Positions 26,735 through 32,000 of a stretch of 32,000 nt of DNA are shown piece after piece (position 1 is the stretch's first letter; each line of letters begins with the position of its first letter). The stretch comes from an uncultured Acidobacteriota bacterium. GTDB lineage: Bacteria; Acidobacteriota; Terriglobia; Terriglobales; Acidobacteriaceae. Position numbers and translations under genes: made by a program. The notes under the pieces are model-generated. The model was not told where the DNA came from. It saw only the letters and a list, made by a program, of their open reading frames with translations, and did no database searches. The stretch covers positions 148,865 through 180,864 of the forward strand of contig CAWITE010000028.1 in the NCBI GenBank assembly GCA_963838905.1, written 5' to 3'.

Positions 26735-28678
26735 ATGCCCCAGACCATCGTTGAAAAAATCGCGCAAGCCCACCTCGCTGAAGGCCCCAATCGCCCGCTG
26801 CGGACTGGCGACTTCCTCTCCATTCGCCCGCACCACGTGATGACTCACGACAACACCTCAGCAGTGATGAGCAAGTTCAAAGGCATCGGCGCGAAAAAGA
26901 TTCACGATCCCAAGCAACTCGTCTTCGCTCTCGACCACGACATCCAAAATAAAGACGAAGCCAACCAAAAAAAATATCGGGCTATCGAGGCATTCGCCAA
27001 GGAACACGGTGTCGACTTTTACCCCGCGGGCTCAGGCATCGGCCATCAAATCATGGTGGAGCGCGGATACGTCGTCCCCGGCTCATTCGTGGTCGCCTCC
27101 GACTCGCACTCGAACATGTACGGCGCGCTGGGAGCGATCGGGACGCCCATCGTGCGCACCGACGCCGCCGCAGTCTGGGCCACGGGAGAATTCTGGTGGC
27201 AGATTCCACGTTCGGTCGAGGTCGTGCTCGAAGGCAAATTACCCGACGGCGCGACCGGCAAAGACATAATCATTACCTTGTGCGGCCTCTACAACCACGA
27301 TGAGGTTTTAAACGCCGCCGTCGAATTCAGCGGCCCCGGGGTTGCCGGTCTCTCCATGGGCGCGCGCCTTTCCATCTCCAACATGACCACCGAGTGGGGG
27401 CCACTCGTGGGCTGGTTTCCGGTGGATGAAGTAACGATCAAATATCTAAAGAATGTACATGTGCGGCTGAAGGCCACGGGTGTGGAACGGTTTTCGGAGA
27501 AAGACATCGAGAGTTGGACAAAGAATTCGCCACGACCCGATGCCGATGCAGTCTACGCGGCTCGGATCGTGCTTAATCTCGGACAGGTGACGCCACACGT
27601 ATCGGGTCCCGATACAGTGCAGACCATGGCTTCTCTCGCCGAGATGGAAAAGAAAAGGGTCGCGATCCAGAAAGCTTACTTGCTCTCTTGCGTGAACTCG
27701 CGCGTCGAAGATCTCGAAGCTGCGGCGAAGGTTTTGAAAGGCAAGAACGTCGCGGCGGGCGTGCAATTCTATCTTGGAGCGGCCAGCAAGTGGGTACAGG
27801 AAGAAGCCGAAAAGCGCGGCATCTGGCAAACGTTGCTTGATGCCGGAGCGAATCCCCTCCCCGCCGGTTGTGGCCCGTGCATCGGTCTGGGAGTAGGACT
27901 GCTCGAGCCCGGCGAAGTCGGAATCTCTGCCACCAATCGCAATTTCAAAGGCCGCATGGGATCGCGCGATGCCAAGTGTTACCTGGCGAGCCCCGAGGTA
28001 GTCGCCGCTTCTGCCGTAGCCGGCTACATTTGCGGACCGCATGAGATGACCGGCGGCGATCCGTCGCGCAGCTACACCGAATTTGCCGCAGGTACCGAAG
28101 CAGAGAAAGTCGACATTCTCCCCGGCTTCCCCGAGAGAGTCCATGGCCGCCTCGTTTTCCTGCCACAAGACAACGTGAACACCGATGCGATCTACGGAAA
28201 GGACTACACTTACCGCGATGATGTCCCGAAAGAATTGATGGCGAAGGTCGTAATGGAAAACTACGATCCGCAGTTCGCGTCTCGCACTCGCGCCGGCGAC
28301 GTGGTCGTCAGCGGATTCAACTTCGGAACGGGGTCGAGCCGCGAGCAAGCTGTGACTTGCCTCAAAGCCAAAGGCATTCCGCTGGTGATTGCGGCCAGTT
28401 TTTCGCAGACCTATCTGCGCAACGCGTACAACAATGGCTTCCTCTGCGTCGAAGTACCGGACCTTGTGAAGCGCCTACGCGAGCAATTGGCCAACGAAAT
28501 CGCTGCGAAAGAAAAAACTATCATTCCGGGCGAAGAAATCGATATCGACTTCACCTCGGGAGTGATCCACTGGCGCGGCGAAAAGTTCGCGTTTCCCGCG
28601 CTAGGGAGCGTGCCACAGTCACTGGTCATCGCCGAGGGAGTGGAGAACCTGGTAGCGAAGCGCCTGGGCCTGAGCTGA
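26735..28678 (+). CDS. aconitase family hydratase (aconitate hydratase / homoaconitase-like, fused large and small domains)
   Basis: VMTHDNTSAVM, GIGHQIMVERGYVVPGSFVVASDSHSNMYGALGAIGTPIVRTDAAAVWATGEFWW, SCVNSRVEDLEAAA, PAGCGPCIGLGVGLLEPGEVGISATNRNFKGRMGS, GFNFGTGSSREQAV. Confidence 0.92.
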   Translation: MPQTIVEKIAQAHLAEGPNRPLRTGDFLSIRPHHVMTHDNTSAVMSKFKGIGAKKIHDPKQLVFALDHDIQNKDEANQKKYRAIEAFAKEHGVDFYPAGSGIGHQIMVERGYVVPGSFVVASDSHSNMYGALGAIGTPIVRTDAAAVWATGEFWWQIPRSVEVVLEGKLPDGATGKDIIITLCGLYNHDEVLNAAVEFSGPGVAGLSMGARLSISNMTTEWGPLVGWFPVDEVTIKYLKNVHVRLKATGVERFSEKDIESWTKNSPRPDADAVYAARIVLNLGQVTPHVSGPDTVQTMASLAEMEKKRVAIQKAYLLSCVNSRVEDLEAAAKVLKGKNVAAGVQFYLGAASKWVQEEAEKRGIWQTLLDAGANPLPAGCGPCIGLGVGLLEPGEVGISATNRNFKGRMGSRDAKCYLASPEVVAASAVAGYICGPHEMTGGDPSRSYTEFAAGTEAEKVDILPGFPERVHGRLVFLPQDNVNTDAIYGKDYTYRDDVPKELMAKVVMENYDPQFASRTRAGDVVVSGFNFGTGSSREQAVTCLKAKGIPLVIAASFSQTYLRNAYNNGFLCVEVPDLVKRLREQLANEIAAKEKTIIPGEEIDIDFTSGVIHWRGEKFAFPALGSVPQSLVIAEGVENLVAKRLGLS

Positions 28679-28698
28679 AGTCGAGACGGACTGTAGAA

Positions 28699-28714
28699 AC
28701 GTTGCTTGCAACGT
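28699..28714. terminator. ACGTTGC-TT-GCAACGT palindrome after the aconitase-family stop
   Basis: Perfect 7-bp arms with 2-nt centre. Confidence 0.45.
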
Positions 28715-28780
28715 CTTTCAGGCAGCCCCAAAAAACTCTCTGTGCCTCTGTGGTGAAAAGTTCTTAGGAGAATCGCATTC

Positions 28781-29965
28781 ATGGCAAAACATACGGTAGT
28801 AACAATGCCCGGCGACGGAATCGGAAACCAAGTACTGCCCGAGGCATTGCGGGTATTGAAAGCTGTCGGCTCCGACACCGACTACGTCCACGCCGACATC
28901 GGCTGGGAGTGCTGGAGAAATGAAGGCAACGCACTTCCTCAACGGACGATTGATCTTCTGTCCGAACACAAGCTGGGTCTTTTCGGAGCCATTACTTCAA
29001 AACCAAACAAAGAAGCACAAGCGGAACTCAAGCCCGAATTGCAAGGCAAGGGTCTGGTGTACTACAGCCCGATCGTGACCATGCGCCAGAAGTTCAGCCT
29101 CGATGTCTGCATGCGCCCTTGCATTGGGTTCACCGGCAATCCTCTGAACTACATTCGCAAGCGCGTGGACGACGACTACGACGAGCCGCAAATCGACACC
29201 ACGGTGTTTCGGCAAAATACAGAAGGCATGTACGCCGGGATCGAGTGGACCAACCCGCCTGAGATTGTGCGCGCCGCCCTCAACTCGCATCCCAAGTTCA
29301 AAGCCTTCGCCCAAGTGCCCGGTCCGGACATCGCAGTTAGCGTACGCATCATCACTCGGCCCGCCGCCCGCCGTATCGTCACCGCCGCCTTTGAGTATGC
29401 GAAAAAGCGCGGTTTCAAGGGCGTAACCATCTGCGAAAAGCCAAACGTAGTTCGCGAAACTTCGGGCATGATGGAAGAGACTGCCAAAGAAGTGGCCAAG
29501 AACTATCCGGGAATCGCTCTGTGGTCGACGAACATCGATGCGCAACTAATGTGGCTGAACAAAAATCCTGAAGACTACAGCGTGATCGTAGCCTCGAACC
29601 TGTTCGGCGATATCCTTTCCGACGCTTTCGCCGGACTGGTCGGCGGCCTGGGATTTGCCGCCTCCGGCAACATCGGAGATGAAGTCGCGGTATTCGAGCC
29701 CACCCACGGATCCGCGCCCAAGTATGCCGAACTGAATCCCCCAATCGTGAATCCAATCGCCATGATCCTCTCCGCCGTAATGATGCTTGAACACGTGGGC
29801 GAGAACAACAAAGCCGGGAGAATTAAGGACGCCATCTCCACTGTGTTGAAAGAAGGCAAAGTCCGAACCTACGACATGATGCGCATTCCGGGCGGGGCGA
29901 AGTCGATCAGCCAGGGCGCCGCCTCGACAATTCAAATGACCGACGCAATCCTGGCACAACTATAA
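28781..29965 (+). CDS. isocitrate/isopropylmalate dehydrogenase family protein (probable isocitrate dehydrogenase)
   Basis: VVTMPGDGIGNQVLPEALRVLKAVG, MRPCIGFTGNPLNYIRKRVDDDY, NTEGMYAGIEW, VIVASNLFGDILSDAFAGLVGGLGFAASGNIGD, FEPTHGSAPKYAE. Confidence 0.9.
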   Translation: MAKHTVVTMPGDGIGNQVLPEALRVLKAVGSDTDYVHADIGWECWRNEGNALPQRTIDLLSEHKLGLFGAITSKPNKEAQAELKPELQGKGLVYYSPIVTMRQKFSLDVCMRPCIGFTGNPLNYIRKRVDDDYDEPQIDTTVFRQNTEGMYAGIEWTNPPEIVRAALNSHPKFKAFAQVPGPDIAVSVRIITRPAARRIVTAAFEYAKKRGFKGVTICEKPNVVRETSGMMEETAKEVAKNYPGIALWSTNIDAQLMWLNKNPEDYSVIVASNLFGDILSDAFAGLVGGLGFAASGNIGDEVAVFEPTHGSAPKYAELNPPIVNPIAMILSAVMMLEHVGENNKAGRIKDAISTVLKEGKVRTYDMMRIPGGAKSISQGAASTIQMTDAILAQL

Positions 29966-29974
29966 CTCACGTGA

Positions 29975-29996
29975 GGACAGCCGCCCCCGGCTGTCC
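29975..29996. terminator. GGACAGCCG-CCCC-CGGCTGTCC hairpin followed by GCCGAGC-GAA-GCTCGGC hairpin (29998-30014)
   Basis: Perfect 9-bp and 7-bp stems between the dehydrogenase stop (29965) and the CitDE start. Confidence 0.6.
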
Positions 29997-30029
29997 GGCC
30001 GAGCGAAGCTCGGCTGCTTGAGACGTCGC

Positions 30030-31238
30030 ATGAATGACACGGAACTGAGAACAGCTCGCGTCGGCGAAGCCGGCCACCACGGCAAAGACGTGCGCTCCGA
30101 TTTGCACGTCGCCATTGCACCGCGTAACAGCAGCGGTCTGGAGATCACGCTCGAGTCCCGCGTTGGGCTCTACTATGGCAGCTCGATCCTGTGCCAGACA
30201 CGGCAGGTGCTCGAATCCCTCGGCGTAAAGCACGCGCGTATTTCAATTCACGATGACGGCGCGTTGCCGTTCGTCATCTCAGCGCGAATTGAAGCCGCGG
30301 CAAAACGCGCCGGCCTCGGTGGTGGCCAGAGAGCGTTGCCGGAGAAAATCACTCTCCAAGAACCGACGACTCGCGATCGCCTGCGGCGATCTCGGCTTTA
30401 TCTCCCCGGAAGCGAGCCCAAGTATTTCATCAACGCCGCATTGCACGGGCCCGACGCCATTATTTTGGATCTGGAAGACTCCGTTCACCAGGATGAAAAA
30501 GATGCCGCGCGAATCCTGGTGCGAAATACTCTGCGCGCCGTCGACTTCGGTAGCTGTGAGCGCATGGTGCGCATCAACCAGTTGCCGCTGGGGCTGGAAG
30601 ATCTGGCAGAGATTATTCCCGAAGCTCCCGACCTGGTGCTGATTCCGAAGGTGGAAAGGCACGATCAAGTCGGCGAAGCAGATCGCGTGATAAGTGAACT
30701 GAAAGTCAGCCATGGTATCGATCGCGCGATATGGCTGATGCCTATTCTGGAATCGGCTCGCGGAATCGAAAATGCATTCGCCATCGCGACGGTGAGTCCG
30801 AATATTGCCGCGCTGACCATCGGGCTCGAAGACTACACCGCAGACCTCGGCGTGGTGAAAACATTGGAAGGCCGCGAGTCGCAGTACGCACGGACTCGTG
30901 TGGTCAACGCGGCGAAAGCAGCCGGCATTCAGGCTATCGACTCCGTTTTTAGCGATGTCGGTGATGTTTCCGGTTTACTTCACTGGGGAGAACATTCTCG
31001 CGCCTTAGGATTCGAAGGCATGGGCTGTATTCATCCCTCGCAGATCCCCGTCATTCATCAAGCCTTTGCGCCGTCACCGGTAGAAGTCGAAAAGGCGCTG
31101 AAGATCGTCGCCGCCTTCGAAGATGCGCGGCAGCGCGGACTCAGCGTCGTGAGCCTCGGCTCGAAGATGATCGATCCACCTGTAGTCGAACGCGCCCGAA
31201 AGCTGGTGGCAAGGGCAAAGGCGATGGGCAAGGCCTAG
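30030..31238 (+). CDS. citrate lyase acyl carrier (CitD-like) domain fused to citrate lyase beta subunit (CitE-like)
   Basis: N-part LHVAIAPRNSSGLEITLESRVGLYYGSSILCQTRQVLESLGVKHARISIHDDGALPFVISARIEAAAKRAG matches CitD layout. C-part RSRLYLPGSEPKYFINAALHGPDAIILDLEDSVHQDEKDAAR...RINQLPLGLEDL...LTIGLEDYTADLG...GMGCIHPSQIPVIHQAF matches CitE. Confidence 0.88.
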   Translation: MNDTELRTARVGEAGHHGKDVRSDLHVAIAPRNSSGLEITLESRVGLYYGSSILCQTRQVLESLGVKHARISIHDDGALPFVISARIEAAAKRAGLGGGQRALPEKITLQEPTTRDRLRRSRLYLPGSEPKYFINAALHGPDAIILDLEDSVHQDEKDAARILVRNTLRAVDFGSCERMVRINQLPLGLEDLAEIIPEAPDLVLIPKVERHDQVGEADRVISELKVSHGIDRAIWLMPILESARGIENAFAIATVSPNIAALTIGLEDYTADLGVVKTLEGRESQYARTRVVNAAKAAGIQAIDSVFSDVGDVSGLLHWGEHSRALGFEGMGCIHPSQIPVIHQAFAPSPVEVEKALKIVAAFEDARQRGLSVVSLGSKMIDPPVVERARKLVARAKAMGKA

Positions 31239-31253
31239 CAGATCTAATGTGGT

Positions 31254-31272
31254 GACGGGCGACTCGCCCGTC
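31254..31272. repeat. GACGGGCGA-C-TCGCCCGTC palindrome between citDE-like and citF-like genes
   Basis: Perfect 9-bp arms around one central base. Confidence 0.65.
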
Positions 31273-31315
31273 CGCGCCGGGCGAAGCCCAGCGGTTAAGA
31301 CAGTAAAGGAATGGA

Positions 31316-32000
31316 ATGAGCGAACGCATCGAACTTGCCCAGAATGCCGCCGGACGCAGCGTGCCCACCATGGTTAACGGCAAGCCGCAGATTCCATTTC
31401 TGGGCGTGGCGCAGTATCAACCGCGCGGCCGAAAGGCTGCCCCACCCATCTGTTCCAGCAAAGATTATCCTGAGAACGGCGACAAACGCGTGGCCAACCT
31501 TGAAACCGCTCTGCGCAATTGCGGCTTGCGTAACGGCATGGTGATTTCGAATCACCATCACCTGCGCGACGGAGACCGCGTCGCGCTGATGGCACTCGAA
31601 GCGGCGGCAAGAATCGGTGTCAAGGATCTGATGTGGTTTCCGAGCGCCTCGTTCCCCTCGCAGAAATCTGCGATCGAGCTTATGCAATCCGGCGTCATCC
31701 ATCGCATCGAAGGCAGCATGAATGGCCCGCTGGGCGACTACTGCACCCAGGGAAAGATGCGGGGCATGGGCGTGTTGCGCTCCCATGGCGGGCGTTGGCA
31801 GTCTATTCAAGATGGCGAAGTGCACATTGACGTCGCGGTGATTGCCGGGCCTGCCGCTGATGCCTTTGGCAATGCTGACGGATCGCATGGGAAATCGGCT
31901 TGCGGCTCGCTGGGCTTCGCCCTCGCTGATTCGATGTACGCTGATCGCGTCATCGTCGTCACCGACAATCTGGTTCCCTTCCCCTGCATTCCCTGGCAGA
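31316..32000 (+). CDS. citF: citrate lyase alpha subunit (CitF), truncated by window end
   Basis: Own translation from ATG 31316, open to the window end: MSERIELAQNAAGRSVPTMVNGKPQIPFLGVAQYQPRGRKAAPPICSSKDYPENGDKRVANLETALRNCGLRNGMVISNHHHLRDGDRVALMALEAAARIGVKDLMWFPSASFPSQ...MNGPLGDYCTQGKMRGMGVLRSHGG...ADSMYADRVIVVTDNLVPFPCIPWQ. Absent from the ORF track because there is no stop. Confidence 0.92.
   Translation, partial: MSERIELAQNAAGRSVPTMVNGKPQIPFLGVAQYQPRGRKAAPPICSSKDYPENGDKRVANLETALRNCGLRNGMVISNHHHLRDGDRVALMALEAAARIGVKDLMWFPSASFPSQKSAIELMQSGVIHRIEGSMNGPLGDYCTQGKMRGMGVLRSHGGRWQSIQDGEVHIDVAVIAGPAADAFGNADGSHGKSACGSLGFALADSMYADRVIVVTDNLVPFPCIPWQ

Noticed and set aside
27446-28348. 300-aa minus-strand ORF and other long minus frames (e.g. 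25940..26485, 28997..29545)
   Set aside because: Opposite strongly conserved PrpD, aconitase and ICDH genes; no recognisable motifs.
1-32000. Search for CRISPR arrays, tRNA/rRNA genes, toxin-antitoxin or known defence genes
   Set aside because: No regularly spaced direct repeats, no recognisable tRNA/rRNA sequence and no defence-family protein motifs seen by eye. The AbrB-like ORF has no toxin partner and is adjacent to a transposase.

Overview
32 kb window with Acidobacteria-like gene content (taxonomy inferred from gene families and intergenic repeats, not tested). Most of it is ordinary chromosome. + strand: PilZ protein, AMIN-domain protein, TonB C-terminal protein, efp, amidohydrolase in frame with acylphosphatase, apt. 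- strand: HU-family protein. + strand: an IS1182-like transposase preceded by a small AbrB-like ORF with an ATGA overlap. - strand: sppA, lipid kinase. + strand: rpiA. - strand: class V aminotransferase, homoserine dehydrogenase, PPOX protein. Two gene neighbourhoods merit follow-up. (1) About 15.9-22.8 kb: a SAM hydrolase/adenosyltransferase (DUF62) with a signal-like N-terminus, a large Oar-like TonB-dependent receptor, a purine nucleoside phosphorylase split by one frameshift, and an adenosine deaminase with a signal-like N-terminus. Together they suggest an extracytoplasmic SAM/adenosine salvage route. (2) About 25.2-32 kb: MmgE/PrpD, (homo)aconitase-type hydratase, isocitrate-dehydrogenase-type enzyme, a CitD-CitE fusion and the start of CitF (running off the window), i.e. 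a tricarboxylate-processing cluster. The intergenic regions hold several structured repeats: a 30-bp perfect inverted repeat after apt, a three-tier nested palindrome after the SAM hydrolase gene, the TTGTCATTCCGAGCGAAGCGAGGAATCTG family, and a structured ORF-poor stretch near 23.3-23.6 kb that may be a 5' group II intron remnant. No tRNA, rRNA or CRISPR array was recognised.
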